A DNA stretch of 48,336 nt from Bacteroidota bacterium (GTDB lineage Bacteria > Bacteroidota > Ignavibacteria > UBA10030), in NCBI GenBank assembly GCA_017882185.1, contig JADGQA010000002.1, positions 1 through 48,336 of the forward strand, written 5' to 3'. The notes below the pieces were generated by a model, which was not told the origin of the DNA, ran no database searches, and saw only the letters and a program-made list of their open reading frames with translations. The position numbers were made by a program, and so were the translations under genes. Of this stretch, positions 8,351 to 18,768 are shown piece by piece (position 1 is the stretch's first letter; each line of letters starts with the position of its first letter).

Positions 8351-10798
8351 ATGAAAGAACTAAAGAAGACAATGACTGAAAGTGGTGTCAAAGCAAGTGA
8401 ATCCATCATTGAAACCATCGACAATATCCCGACAACGCTCCCAGTGCTGCCGCTGAGAGATGTTGTCGTATTTCCATACATGATTTTTCCCGTGCTCGTC
8501 GGAAGAGAGTCTTCACTCCGGGCTGCCACCGAAGCACTTGAACGAAGCAAGAACATTTTTCTTGTTGCCCAGAAGAATTCGAACACCGACGAACCCACGG
8601 CTGACGATGTCTATCAACACGGTACGGTGGCCAAGATCATTCAAATGCTGAAACTGCCAAATGGTCTTATGCGAATTCTTGTCGACGGCGTCGTGCAGGC
8701 AAGCGCGCAAAAATTCATTCCCAATCCTCTGTACCTTGAAGCAGAAATCGTCATAAACAGAACAGAAATCCCAACGGGACACGAAATTGATGCCCTCATC
8801 CGTCATGCATCATCCCTGTTTGCTGAGTACGTCAGGCTCAATCGAAATATCCCTCCTGAAATTCTTATGTCGTTCGAGGGAATCAAAGAGCCCCAGCGGA
8901 GACTATTCTACATCGCATCAAACCTCATTCAGTCTGTCGAGGTAAAGCAGACTATCCTGGCCGTCCCCAACTTGCGTGAACAGCTGTACGAGCTTTCGAA
9001 GATCCTTACCAAGGAAGTCGATATCCTCAAGATTGAACGGGAGATCGACGGCAAGGTTCAGGATAACATCCAGAAATCTCAGCGGAAGTTTTTTATCCAG
9101 GAACAGATACGCATTTTGCAGGATGAGCTCGGCGAGGACGAGGCTTCGCCCGAATTGATCAAACTGAAGGATCAGATCCTCAAAGCAAAAATGCCCAAGG
9201 ATGTCGAAGAAAAGGCGCTCGAAGAATTCAACAAGCTTAAGAAGACTCCGTCGATGTCTCCGGAATTTACGGTGACTCGGAATTTCCTTGACTGGCTTCT
9301 TGTCGTTCCATGGTTCAAGAAAACAAAGGACAATCTCGATGTCGAACATGTCCGGGAAATTCTCGACACAGACCATTATGGTTTGGAAAAACCAAAGGAG
9401 CGCATTCTCGAACATATTGCAGTTCTCAACCTCGTCAAAGAAATGAGGGGACAGATTCTGTGTTTTGTTGGACCACCAGGAGTAGGGAAAACTTCGCTTG
9501 CAAAATCCATTGCACGAGCACTCGGCCGAAAGCTCGTTCGAATATCGCTGGGAGGTATCCGGGATGAGGCAGAAATCAGAGGACATCGCCGTACATACAT
9601 AGGTTCGATGCCTGGAAAAATCATACAATCCATGAAACGGGCCGGCGTTGTGAACCCCGTTATTCTCATGGACGAAGTCGATAAGATGAGCATGGACTTC
9701 CGGGGCGATCCCTCCGCCGCGTTGTTGGAAGTACTCGATCCGGAGCAGAACGTTGCGTTCAACGACCATTACCTTGAAGTTGACTATGACCTTTCAAAGG
9801 TCATGTTCATTACAACCGCAAACGTGCGATATCAAATACCATTGCCGCTTCAGGATCGGATGGAAATCATTGAGCTTCCCGGATACCTCGAACATGAGAA
9901 GCGCGAAATTGCCAGCCGACATATCATATTGAAACAAATCGAAGAGCACGGGTTGAGTAAGAAGAATGTTCTTATCGAAGACTCTGCGATCACCAAGATC
10001 ATACAGGAATATACGCGAGAAGCTGGAGTTCGAAATCTGGAACGCGAGATTGCATCAGTCTGCAGGAAAGTGGCAAAAGAGCTGGTGCTTGCGATGCGTA
10101 AAAACGGGCACCACAAAATTACAGGAAAGAGTAGAAAGCAGAACATGCTGCATCATCGAATTGTCGTGACACCGGACAAGGTCGAGACTTATCTTGGTGT
10201 CCCAAAATTCAGAAAGAAAGAAGCTGAACGTGAACCGCGGGTAGGTTCCGTGACGGGCCTTGCCTGGACGAGTGTTGGAGGAGATATTCTGAACGTCGAT
10301 GTGACCATTATGCGCGGAGTCGAACGGCTCACGCTTACTGGTCAATTGGGCGAAGTAATGAAGGAATCAGCCCAGGCCGCGTTGAGTTATATTCGCTCCA
10401 ATCCGAAAACATTCGGTATTAACCCGGATTTTTACAGGAACAGAGAAATCCACATCCACTTGCCAGAGGGGTCGATCCCAAAAGATGGTCCTTCTGCCGG
10501 AATCACGATGGCTGTTGCGATTATTTCCGCGGCTAGTAACCGGGCTGCGCGCAATGATATAGCGATGACGGGCGAGATCACTCTGCGGGGTAATGTGTTG
10601 CCGATCGGTGGCCTGAATGAAAAACTTCTCGCCGCCCAGCGTAGTGGTATCAAGATGGTTCTTATTCCGAAAGACAATGTCAAGGACCTTGCAGAAATTC
10701 CGCAAAGGGTCAAGGAAGGTCTCACCATCATTCCGGTCGAAAAGATCGAGGAAGCGATCAAGTACGTTTTCAAACCGTCCAAGAAGAAGCGCGCCTGA
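8351..10798 (+). CDS. lon: ATP-dependent Lon protease (endopeptidase La)
   Basis: The Lon N-domain pattern LPVLPLRDVVVFPYM is present. Walker A is GPPGVGKTS. The protease active-site context is KDGPSAGITMA. Length is 815 aa. Confidence 0.95.
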   Translation: MKELKKTMTESGVKASESIIETIDNIPTTLPVLPLRDVVVFPYMIFPVLVGRESSLRAATEALERSKNIFLVAQKNSNTDEPTADDVYQHGTVAKIIQMLKLPNGLMRILVDGVVQASAQKFIPNPLYLEAEIVINRTEIPTGHEIDALIRHASSLFAEYVRLNRNIPPEILMSFEGIKEPQRRLFYIASNLIQSVEVKQTILAVPNLREQLYELSKILTKEVDILKIEREIDGKVQDNIQKSQRKFFIQEQIRILQDELGEDEASPELIKLKDQILKAKMPKDVEEKALEEFNKLKKTPSMSPEFTVTRNFLDWLLVVPWFKKTKDNLDVEHVREILDTDHYGLEKPKERILEHIAVLNLVKEMRGQILCFVGPPGVGKTSLAKSIARALGRKLVRISLGGIRDEAEIRGHRRTYIGSMPGKIIQSMKRAGVVNPVILMDEVDKMSMDFRGDPSAALLEVLDPEQNVAFNDHYLEVDYDLSKVMFITTANVRYQIPLPLQDRMEIIELPGYLEHEKREIASRHIILKQIEEHGLSKKNVLIEDSAITKIIQEYTREAGVRNLEREIASVCRKVAKELVLAMRKNGHHKITGKSRKQNMLHHRIVVTPDKVETYLGVPKFRKKEAEREPRVGSVTGLAWTSVGGDILNVDVTIMRGVERLTLTGQLGEVMKESAQAALSYIRSNPKTFGINPDFYRNREIHIHLPEGSIPKDGPSAGITMAVAIISAASNRAARNDIAMTGEITLRGNVLPIGGLNEKLLAAQRSGIKMVLIPKDNVKDLAEIPQRVKEGLTIIPVEKIEEAIKYVFKPSKKKRA

Positions 10799-10849
10799 TG
10801 TGACAATTGCAATTCACTATTTGACTTTTTCTTCTTACATTCCAGTTGT

Positions 10850-12667
10850 ATGAGTTACCAGGTTACCGCCCGCAAGTGGCGACCGATGGTTTTCGAAGAC
10901 GTCATCGGTCAATCCCACGTCACCAACACTCTTCGCAATGCAATCGCGACCAATCGCGTCGCGCACGCATATATTTTCAGCGGCACCCGGGGTTGTGGCA
11001 AGACAACCACTGCCCGTATCCTGGCGAAGGCGCTCAACTGTATTTCACCGGTGAACAATAATCCAGACAACACGTGCGAACACTGTCAAGAAATTACGTC
11101 CGGAAGAAGCCTTGATGTCATTGAAATCGATGGCGCGTCCAACAGAGGCGTAGAGGAAATTCGCAATCTTCGCGAATCTGTCCGGTATACTCCAACGCAC
11201 GGGAAATACAAAATCTACATCATTGACGAAGTGCATATGCTCACCAAAGAGGCCTTCAATGCACTTTTGAAGACCCTTGAGGAACCCCCCTCCCACGTTA
11301 TATTTATTTTCGCGACGACAGAAGTTCACAAAGTGCCGATGACGATTCTTTCCCGATGCCAGAGATTCGATTTCCGCCGAATTTCAATCGACGAGATCAT
11401 TGCGCGCCTTCGTTTCATAGCAAATGAAGAACAGGTTACCATCGACGACGAAGCACTCACCGTGATTGCAAAAAAGGGTGACGGGTCCATGCGGGATGGA
11501 CAGAGCATCTTTGATCAGGTCCGATCCTATTGCGGCAACGCGATCAAGATGACAGATGTCCTTTCGGTACTGAATGCGGTAGATCAGGACCAGTTTTTCA
11601 AAGTTTCCACATTGATCAAAGAGAAGAATGTTCGAGGTGGCATCGAGATAGTTGATGAGTTAATGCAAAGTGGGCACGATTTGCGTGAGTTCGTCGGCGG
11701 CTTGGCCGAACATTTCCGCAACGTCCTTGTCGCAAAAACCACCGGGTCTACGCATCTTATTGAAACATCGGAAGTCTACAAGAAACGGTACGAAGCCCTT
11801 GCACAGGAATGCAGCGAACAAGACCTCTTACGACTCATCAAGATTACACAAGATCTTGAACAATCCATTCGATGGGTATCCCAACCCCGATACAAACTGG
11901 AGCTCGCTTTGCTCCAGATGATAAAGATGGAAAACTCCGTTCGCATCGAAGAGCTCCTGGGCCAGATCAATGAGCTAAAAAAAAAGCTTAACGGAAATTC
12001 GGCAGCGCTTCTTCCTTCTCCTGCCACGCAGGATTCGCATCCAGCAAGAAGTATTCCTCTTTCTCCCCGCCCAACTTCTGAAATGAGGGTTGTGGGAACT
12101 GTTAGCGCCGGAACATTGCGCAGCGCATCATACGTTAGTCCCTCGAGGAAGTATCAACCTCTCGATTTGGCACGTGCGGCATCATCGCCCTCCACGTACG
12201 CAGTACGGGATTCCGGTTTTGAAAAAGCTTCGCTTCGGGCAATCGAGCCTACTCCCGCGCCTGTTGTCTCGATCTCGACGCAGGAGCTGGAAGCGCGATG
12301 GCAGGAATTTGTCGACGGTGTCACAAAGGCAAAGATTGCCATCGGGACGGTTCTCACAGAGAGCCATTTCGTTGGCTGCGTACAGGGTTCTATGCGGATT
12401 GGATGTCCGGACGAATACCATCTTTCCATGCTAAAACGCAATAAGGAATTTCTTTCCGAGACACTCAATAGTGTGTTGGGAATAAGGATGAGTGTTGAGC
12501 CGGTTCTTAACACGCTTGCACCTGGAGCGCCCCAACAAATTCAGCCGATTCCCCCCAACGGTTCAAAACCAACCAACGGTAATGGCAAACAGGATAATGG
12601 CTCATCCGAAGACCACCCCGTATTAGCCCTTCTGCGCAAGGAGCTTGGCGCCGAACTTGTCCAATGA
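10850..12667 (+). CDS. dnaX: DNA polymerase III subunit gamma/tau
   Basis: The N-terminus is YQVTARKWRP. Walker A is GTRGCGKTT. A Zn-module-like CxxC is present (CEHCQEI). The DEVH box and the SRCQRF sensor motif are present. Length is 605 aa. Confidence 0.95.
   Translation: MSYQVTARKWRPMVFEDVIGQSHVTNTLRNAIATNRVAHAYIFSGTRGCGKTTTARILAKALNCISPVNNNPDNTCEHCQEITSGRSLDVIEIDGASNRGVEEIRNLRESVRYTPTHGKYKIYIIDEVHMLTKEAFNALLKTLEEPPSHVIFIFATTEVHKVPMTILSRCQRFDFRRISIDEIIARLRFIANEEQVTIDDEALTVIAKKGDGSMRDGQSIFDQVRSYCGNAIKMTDVLSVLNAVDQDQFFKVSTLIKEKNVRGGIEIVDELMQSGHDLREFVGGLAEHFRNVLVAKTTGSTHLIETSEVYKKRYEALAQECSEQDLLRLIKITQDLEQSIRWVSQPRYKLELALLQMIKMENSVRIEELLGQINELKKKLNGNSAALLPSPATQDSHPARSIPLSPRPTSEMRVVGTVSAGTLRSASYVSPSRKYQPLDLARAASSPSTYAVRDSGFEKASLRAIEPTPAPVVSISTQELEARWQEFVDGVTKAKIAIGTVLTESHFVGCVQGSMRIGCPDEYHLSMLKRNKEFLSETLNSVLGIRMSVEPVLNTLAPGAPQQIQPIPPNGSKPTNGNGKQDNGSSEDHPVLALLRKELGAELVQ
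11977..11991 (+). promoter_or_regulatory. Putative dnaX recoding site: A9-G slippery run followed by GCT TAA in the -1 frame
   Basis: The zero-frame codons are CTA AAA AAA AAG CTT and contain the A AAA AAG heptamer. A -1 slip, or insertion of one A into the mRNA, reads GCT TAA, which is one Ala and then a stop. The site is at codons 377-379 of 605. Confidence 0.45.
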
Positions 12668-12805
12668 AACAGCACTTGAATTTGCGGCCAAGGAATCGTA
12701 TTATTTGAGAGACGACAAAAGGAGCTATCGACCGCCGAACCTTGTGAGAGTTTGATGTTTTTATGCAACAGCAGTACTCTGATCAAGTGTGAACGGCGAC
12801 GGTAA

Positions 12806-13885
12806 ATGAAGCGATGTTGTACATGCCAGCCGAATTCATACTTGAATGAATTCGGTTTTTCATTTTACAGAGGTCTCTTGAGAGTATTCCTTCTTTTCAT
12901 AGTGGTTCTCATAGCAGCTCAGACTGCGAGTTCGCAATCAATTGCCAAGTATGCGGGAGAATTTATGGCAATTGGCGTCGGCGGAAGGGCACTGGGACTT
13001 GGAAGTTCCCAGGTTGCGCTGGCAAGCGACGCATCAGCGGGTTACTGGAATCCTGCTGGCTTGGCGCGTATTGAGTACCCGGAAGTGATGTTGATGCACG
13101 ACGAACGATTTGCCAGTTTGATCAACTACGATTATGCTTCCGTTGCCATCCCTTATGGAAAGGACGAAAGCTTTGGGGTAAGCATCATGCGATTGGGTGT
13201 TGATGGAATACCGGACACGCGCAATGCGTTAATCGATTACAGTGGAAGCGGAATTCTGGATGGCATCAACAGGCTTGATTATGACAAGATCACAAATTTT
13301 AACTCGGCGGACTGGGCATTTTATCTTTCGTATGCATCCCGGTACTCACCAGATCTCTTCTATGGAGTTAACGTTAAATTGATCCGACGAACGCTTGCCG
13401 AGTTTTCGGCTACCGGTATAGGATTCGATGTCGGTCTTCTTTACTCACCATTGACGGATCTTTCCATTGGCGTAAATGCACAGGATATTACAACGACGTT
13501 TCTCGCGTGGAGCACGGGGACTGACGAACTCGTCTCGCCTACAGTGAAAATAGGTGCTGCGTACTTTATTGATCTGTTGGGTGGGAGACTTGCTCCAACG
13601 TGCGATGTCGATGTCCGATTTGAAAACAGACAGTTTGCCTCGATTGCCCACGTCGGACCAATAAGCCTGGACCCACACGAAGGCCTCGAGTTTGACTATC
13701 ACAAACTAGTCGCATTGCGAGTTGGTTACAGCGATGTGAAGCAACTTACACTCGGCGCCGGACTGCATTTCCGCAAACTGGACATTGATTATTCTTTCGC
13801 CCGTTTTGGTCAGGAAAACGACCTGGGCGACACGCACAGAATTTCCCTCCGATTCATGCTCCAAGAGGAGAAGTTGGCAAGGTAA
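12806..13885 (+). CDS. Outer-membrane beta-barrel protein, PorV/PorQ-like (type IX secretion-associated family)
   Basis: A signal-like hydrophobic segment is followed by GEFMAIGVGGRALGLGSSQVALASDASAGYWNPAGLA. This matches the N-terminal signature I recall for PorV/PorQ-family proteins. Alternating beta-strand patterns run to the C-terminus. Confidence 0.5.
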   Translation: MKRCCTCQPNSYLNEFGFSFYRGLLRVFLLFIVVLIAAQTASSQSIAKYAGEFMAIGVGGRALGLGSSQVALASDASAGYWNPAGLARIEYPEVMLMHDERFASLINYDYASVAIPYGKDESFGVSIMRLGVDGIPDTRNALIDYSGSGILDGINRLDYDKITNFNSADWAFYLSYASRYSPDLFYGVNVKLIRRTLAEFSATGIGFDVGLLYSPLTDLSIGVNAQDITTTFLAWSTGTDELVSPTVKIGAAYFIDLLGGRLAPTCDVDVRFENRQFASIAHVGPISLDPHEGLEFDYHKLVALRVGYSDVKQLTLGAGLHFRKLDIDYSFARFGQENDLGDTHRISLRFMLQEEKLAR

Positions 13886-13925
13886 TCAAGAGAGACTACA
13901 ACGATTTGGTTCTTATCGTTTTGTC

Positions 13926-13961
13926 AAAAAAAATCCCGTGAGTGATCACGGGATTTTTTTT
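13926..13961. terminator. Bidirectional rho-independent terminator between convergent genes
   Basis: The sequence is A8-TCCCGTGA-GTGA-TCACGGGA-T8, a perfect stem flanked by an A-run and a T-run. Confidence 0.8.
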
Positions 13962-14011
13962 CAGAGAGTGCTAACGATGATCCACCCGAGCAAGCGATGG
14001 ATAGATCTTTC

Positions 14012-16222
14012 CTACTTCGTCGTCATGATGAACACGCCATTCCAATCATCAGGCGGTGGATTGATCTGGTACAGACTGGCACGTTGCGTATAGATTTGTG
14101 CAACATAGCAAGTTTCGTCCAGGGAGAAAGTCTGTTGAAAGTACGCAATTGCCTCTTCCCACTTCCGTTCCTGATACAATTTCAGCCCTTCATGATACAA
14201 TTCGATTGACTGTTTTTGGTTTTCGGTCATCTGCATTCCTGTCTTACCCAACAATTCGTACACCTTCACCGGTTCGGTCTTTCCCTTGACCTGAATCAGG
14301 TCCAGTTCGCGGGTTACCACTTTCCCCTTTACGTGATTAAACGTAAAATCGCTGATCATAATCTGGGATTGGTACTGCTTGTTCGCTCCTTCCAGACGTG
14401 ATGCAAGGTTTACGCTGTCACCAATAACGGTGTAGTCGAACCGATCCTTACCTCCCATATTACCCACGATCACGATGCCCGTGTTGACTCCACAGCGGGC
14501 AGCGAGCTCCGGTTTTCCTTCTTTCTTCCACTTTGGCCGTAATTCTGCAAGTCGTTTTTGCATATCAAGCGCGGCATAGCACGTGCGCAGTGCATGATCT
14601 TTCTGCGGAAGCGGAGCGCCCCAAAAAGCCATGAGTGCATCGCCCTCGTATTTGTCGAGTGTCCCATCGTACTTTAAGACGATTGAGGTCATCTCGTCCA
14701 GGTATTCATTCAGAAGCTCGACAAGGCCTTCAGGGTTTTTATGATAGTGTTCCGAGATAGTCGTAAAACTCGCAATATCAGAGAAGAAGATGGTGAGTTC
14801 GCGGCGGTCGCCTCCAAGTTTGGCTTTCTCTGGTTCGTTGACCAGAATATTCACCACTGCCGGGTTCAGGTAATGACCGAACACCCCCTTGATCATTGCC
14901 TTCTGCTCCCGCTCGGCAAGATACTGGTAAACCGCCGTTCCAAAGTAAGCAAGGACGACAGCAAGGCTGGGATTCACAATATTCATCAGAACGCTCGAAC
15001 TGGCAAAAAGCACGATAGCAAGTTCGAAGATGCCGAAGACAAGAAGGAGGACGATAATGAAGGAGACGATTTCCAAAATCCAGACGTGGCGCAGCTTGAT
15101 TTGTCTGAACCTCCAGAGTCCGAAGAATGTTACAAGCGAAAGTGAGAGGATCAGCACCATTTCCAGGCTAGGTTCGAGGATAGTGATAAAATTTCCATCG
15201 AGGACATTCTGGATTGCCGTGGCATGGATCTCCACACCATTCATGGTGTAGTTTTTCTTGCCCCCCTCGATAGTCGGAATCGGCACATTATGATAATCCC
15301 GTTCTTCCGGCATGATCGAACCGACAAGGACGATTTTGTTCTTTATCAGACTTTTCGTCCCTTCATCAAACGCATTGATGTCGGTCTCATAGTCGAGTTC
15401 GTCTTTGGTTTTGAACGTTGAGTCGTCGATAACCTGCGCGAAGGGAATATATCGAAAGCCGTTTTCGTACTTGGAAGGACCATAATAATTAAGCATGAAA
15501 CTCGTGGCGTCGTACTTTGGAATAACGCGATTCGCCAGAACAAAGTTCTGCTCGGTATCTTTCACACGAGTGAGCGGCGGAAATTTGAGATACCGGTCGA
15601 GGCTGGCAAATGCCAGCGTCGGAATAAGATTGTCACCGGCTGTCATCATCGGCATGTATCTCCTGACAACCTGATCCCGATCCCAAATCACGTTCGTGAG
15701 TCCGATCTGTCTCCTGTTGGTCTCAAAAAAGACATTCCCGTAGTTTTCTTTCAGGGAGCGAACATCGACATACTCATTCGATCCGCCGGTCTGTACCGTT
15801 GTCGCAAGTACAACATTGTTGTATTTCTGGAGCACTTCCGCTAACACGGTGTCCCCTTCGCGTGGACTGTCGAACGTGATGTCGAGTCCGATTACCGCGG
15901 CGCCCGCCGAATTGAGGTTTTCGATGAGATGTGCATAATAGCTTCGCGGAAATGGAAATGCCCTCGGCATTGCCTTCAGATCGTCGTCAGAAATACTCAC
16001 GATCACAACATTGCCATTGTCCTTCAAAGCGCGCGGCTGCGACTGCTGATATCGGTTCTGATAGCGCAGGTCAACGGTGAGCTGATCAATGCTCTGAAGA
16101 ATTCCGATCTTGTCGAAGAAAATCCCCTGTGTGAGAACGATGACGATTGCACCGATTCCCAATCCGATTGCAATCCGAATCAGGGTCGGTAATGTTTTTT
16201 TCTTGAAGTCGTATGAGGCCAT
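14012..16222 (-). CDS. CHASE2-domain class III adenylate cyclase with a C-terminal TPR-like tail
   Basis: After an N-terminal TM, the CHASE2 pattern VVIVSISDDDLKAMPRAFPFPRSYYAHLIENL...GLDITFD is present. Three TM helices follow. The cyclase core has FFSDIASFT, KYEGDALMAFWGAP and DYTVIGDSVNLASRLE. The K/T substrate pair suggests ATP specificity. Confidence 0.9.
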   Translation of the reverse strand: MASYDFKKKTLPTLIRIAIGLGIGAIVIVLTQGIFFDKIGILQSIDQLTVDLRYQNRYQQSQPRALKDNGNVVIVSISDDDLKAMPRAFPFPRSYYAHLIENLNSAGAAVIGLDITFDSPREGDTVLAEVLQKYNNVVLATTVQTGGSNEYVDVRSLKENYGNVFFETNRRQIGLTNVIWDRDQVVRRYMPMMTAGDNLIPTLAFASLDRYLKFPPLTRVKDTEQNFVLANRVIPKYDATSFMLNYYGPSKYENGFRYIPFAQVIDDSTFKTKDELDYETDINAFDEGTKSLIKNKIVLVGSIMPEERDYHNVPIPTIEGGKKNYTMNGVEIHATAIQNVLDGNFITILEPSLEMVLILSLSLVTFFGLWRFRQIKLRHVWILEIVSFIIVLLLVFGIFELAIVLFASSSVLMNIVNPSLAVVLAYFGTAVYQYLAEREQKAMIKGVFGHYLNPAVVNILVNEPEKAKLGGDRRELTIFFSDIASFTTISEHYHKNPEGLVELLNEYLDEMTSIVLKYDGTLDKYEGDALMAFWGAPLPQKDHALRTCYAALDMQKRLAELRPKWKKEGKPELAARCGVNTGIVIVGNMGGKDRFDYTVIGDSVNLASRLEGANKQYQSQIMISDFTFNHVKGKVVTRELDLIQVKGKTEPVKVYELLGKTGMQMTENQKQSIELYHEGLKLYQERKWEEAIAYFQQTFSLDETCYVAQIYTQRASLYQINPPPDDWNGVFIMTTK

Positions 16223-16234
16223 GCGAGTTCCGAG

Positions 16235-18715
16235 TTAGAACAAGAACCGGTATATCAGACTGAAGATTTTGTCGTCGGCGGCTCCGCTGTTCTGATAGTA
16301 GTTCAATTGAAGGGCAAAATTATGCCTGTCCACGGTGTAGTCTGCGGAAGCTGTATAGGTCACCCTGTTGAATACTCCAAATTGCGGGCTAACGGATGCC
16401 GCGAGCCGCAAATTATCTCCCAACATGTTATACCTGGCACCAACCGTAACCACTGTGTAGTTGAACTTGGTTGTTGTGAGGGTGCTGTCTGGCCCCAGCC
16501 TTCCCGAGAGTGTGGTATCTGGCTTGAAGAGTTGCTGATCGCTGCTGTTCCCGCTGTAAAGCACGCTAAGAGTTGTTTGAAGCGGGATTTTGAATTGACT
16601 ATTCCAAGCCATTTGCAGAAAGCTATTCGATTGGTTTCGCCTGTAGATTGTGTTGTCCTTCTTGTCTGCTATGCTGATGCTTGCAGTCAAGGTATGCCGG
16701 ATTCCAGCGGTGAAATCATAATTGACGCCAAAATACAAGCGGTTCGTTGCTTCATCTGCAACTTTTGAGGCCGAATCCGACGTCGAAACGTTCTGAAAGA
16801 TTAGTTGATCATTGTTTCTCCCGTATACACCATAGCCAATCTGGAACGTGGGGACATTGGCGGCAAGATTCATCGTAAGCGAGCTATTGAGGTTTGAGTA
16901 ACTTGTCGTCCCAGCTTTTGTAAACGCCGTATTGTCGCTCTTGCCTTCGTACGAAAGGCTCAGGAATACTCTGTTGCTGAACAAGCGAAGGTAATCAGAT
17001 ACTTGAAATCCTTGAATATCGGTTTGCAGGAATGGATTCCCGAAGGACTGGTACGCCGCCCCTCTCCGGAAGAACTGAGTACGCAAGAAATTACTGAAAT
17101 AGTTCAACGAAAGAGTGGCTTCCGTCGAAACTCCAGGGAGTGTTGTCAGTCTGCTGTTCTGATCATAAATCGGATTGGTTGGAAAAATACTCTGATTGAC
17201 TGTAATAAACTTTTCCACGGTGCCAATTGCAACAGGGAGGTCTTTTCTCAGATTGATTCCTCCGTTTATTGTCAGCGAATCGAGCTGCGCGTCGGTGAAA
17301 TTGCCCCCGGAAATATTGGTATTGGACAGAGAAACGGAAGTCTGTGATTCCAATTTGATCCGTTGATCGTCGAATGCCAGCGTCAGGTCCGTGCCCATGA
17401 CGACGTTTTCTTGCGGTTGTATGGCATATCGCACGGAATTCGTGTCATCAATAGCGTGCATGTATGTGAAGCCAAGTTGAAAATTTTCTCCGCTTCCAAA
17501 ACTCGGTCTTATAGCAAGAATTTTTCGTGTGAAGGTTCCAGGCGAGTAGAAGTTGTAGTAAAGGCTGTCTGTGCGAGTACGGACCGAGCTAAGAGGTCTT
17601 GCGGTTACCGATGAAGAATCCAAAAGTGTATCCCGGGGCGCAAGGATTCCCTCAATTCTTCTCACAGTCTGTCCATACGTCACATCGAGATTGAAATACC
17701 CAAGAGCAAGGTTGCCGGTAATTCCGCGGACGCGCGTTCCACTGACAATAAGGCTGGGATAACTTGGAAATGCGTCTCCGTACTGGAGTCGAAGAAAATC
17801 TGTCTGGCCGTAAAGAAGATACCTGTTCTGAGGTTGAAGAGTACTCTTTTCCTGGTTGTCCAGGTGCAGGCTTCCGCCAAACCCGATGGACCTGTACGTA
17901 TTGTCGATTCTGGCATCTCCGCGAAGATACGTTGTTGCACCTGAACTCAACGCTTCGTTGCGATATTCCACGCTTGCATTGCCCGCCGATTGCAGGCGCG
18001 CCTTCACCTCAGCAAGTGCGGCAGCACTGGAGAGGTTGAAGCTTTCTTCGATAGCGTGATACGGTTTGCCCGTTGTATCTCTCAATTCGATACGGATGAA
18101 ATGAGAACCGAGATTGAGGGGCATCCCAAAATTCTGCGGTGAGAAAATCAAGACATCGTCAGACCAGACTGCCTGCGATGTTACGTTCACACCATCCATG
18201 ATCAGCGTCGTTGCTTTCCGGTCGATTGCATCGGAAGCATAAAACAGTGAGACGGCGATGACAAGATCTTCCGCCGCCACTGTTTCTCCGGGCTCTGGAG
18301 AAAGGAATCGTACTTCGGCATCCTTTGGGTTGGCGGGCTTCACGGTGAACTGAAGCGGATTTGCATCAGGATTTGCGACCGGATAAGTCTCAGGTCCACT
18401 CTCGAGTTCGAGTTCAAAGTAATATTCGACATATGGGGGCAGAATTGCATCGGCCGGAATTGTCACTGTCGCAGTGTTGCCCGAGAGCAACATTTCCGTA
18501 CCTTTGAAGGAAGTCTCACCGAACGAACGATACCGCAATGTTACTTTTCGCACTTGTGCATTTTGCTGCAATTCCACGCTAATCGGTTGAGACTTGCCTG
18601 CGACAGCGCTCGGGGCGTTCACCCTCAGGACTTTCGGAGCACTTTGCTGTGCCGCAAGAAACGGACTGCTCACAAGTATCAATAAAAGAACACTCGAGAT
18701 GCGGGTGCATTTCAT
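16235..18715 (-). CDS. Large outer-membrane protein: signal peptide, Ig-like N-terminal region and a predicted beta-barrel
   Basis: The signal peptide is MKCTRISSVLLLILVSSPFLAAQQ. Long Y/G/S/T/N-rich alternating stretches follow. The C-terminus ends in YRFLF, an aromatic terminal residue typical of OMPs. I recognised no family. Confidence 0.6.
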   Translation of the reverse strand: MKCTRISSVLLLILVSSPFLAAQQSAPKVLRVNAPSAVAGKSQPISVELQQNAQVRKVTLRYRSFGETSFKGTEMLLSGNTATVTIPADAILPPYVEYYFELELESGPETYPVANPDANPLQFTVKPANPKDAEVRFLSPEPGETVAAEDLVIAVSLFYASDAIDRKATTLIMDGVNVTSQAVWSDDVLIFSPQNFGMPLNLGSHFIRIELRDTTGKPYHAIEESFNLSSAAALAEVKARLQSAGNASVEYRNEALSSGATTYLRGDARIDNTYRSIGFGGSLHLDNQEKSTLQPQNRYLLYGQTDFLRLQYGDAFPSYPSLIVSGTRVRGITGNLALGYFNLDVTYGQTVRRIEGILAPRDTLLDSSSVTARPLSSVRTRTDSLYYNFYSPGTFTRKILAIRPSFGSGENFQLGFTYMHAIDDTNSVRYAIQPQENVVMGTDLTLAFDDQRIKLESQTSVSLSNTNISGGNFTDAQLDSLTINGGINLRKDLPVAIGTVEKFITVNQSIFPTNPIYDQNSRLTTLPGVSTEATLSLNYFSNFLRTQFFRRGAAYQSFGNPFLQTDIQGFQVSDYLRLFSNRVFLSLSYEGKSDNTAFTKAGTTSYSNLNSSLTMNLAANVPTFQIGYGVYGRNNDQLIFQNVSTSDSASKVADEATNRLYFGVNYDFTAGIRHTLTASISIADKKDNTIYRRNQSNSFLQMAWNSQFKIPLQTTLSVLYSGNSSDQQLFKPDTTLSGRLGPDSTLTTTKFNYTVVTVGARYNMLGDNLRLAASVSPQFGVFNRVTYTASADYTVDRHNFALQLNYYQNSGAADDKIFSLIYRFLF

Positions 18716-18768
18716 AGCATTACCTGTTTAATAGACTAGTATTGCGTGGATTTAGAATTGAAAGAAAA

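Noticed and set aside
8918-9769. A 283-aa minus-strand ORF.
   Set aside because: It is a shadow ORF antisense to the AAA+ core of lon. It has no motifs and no RBS, and lon coding here is unambiguous.
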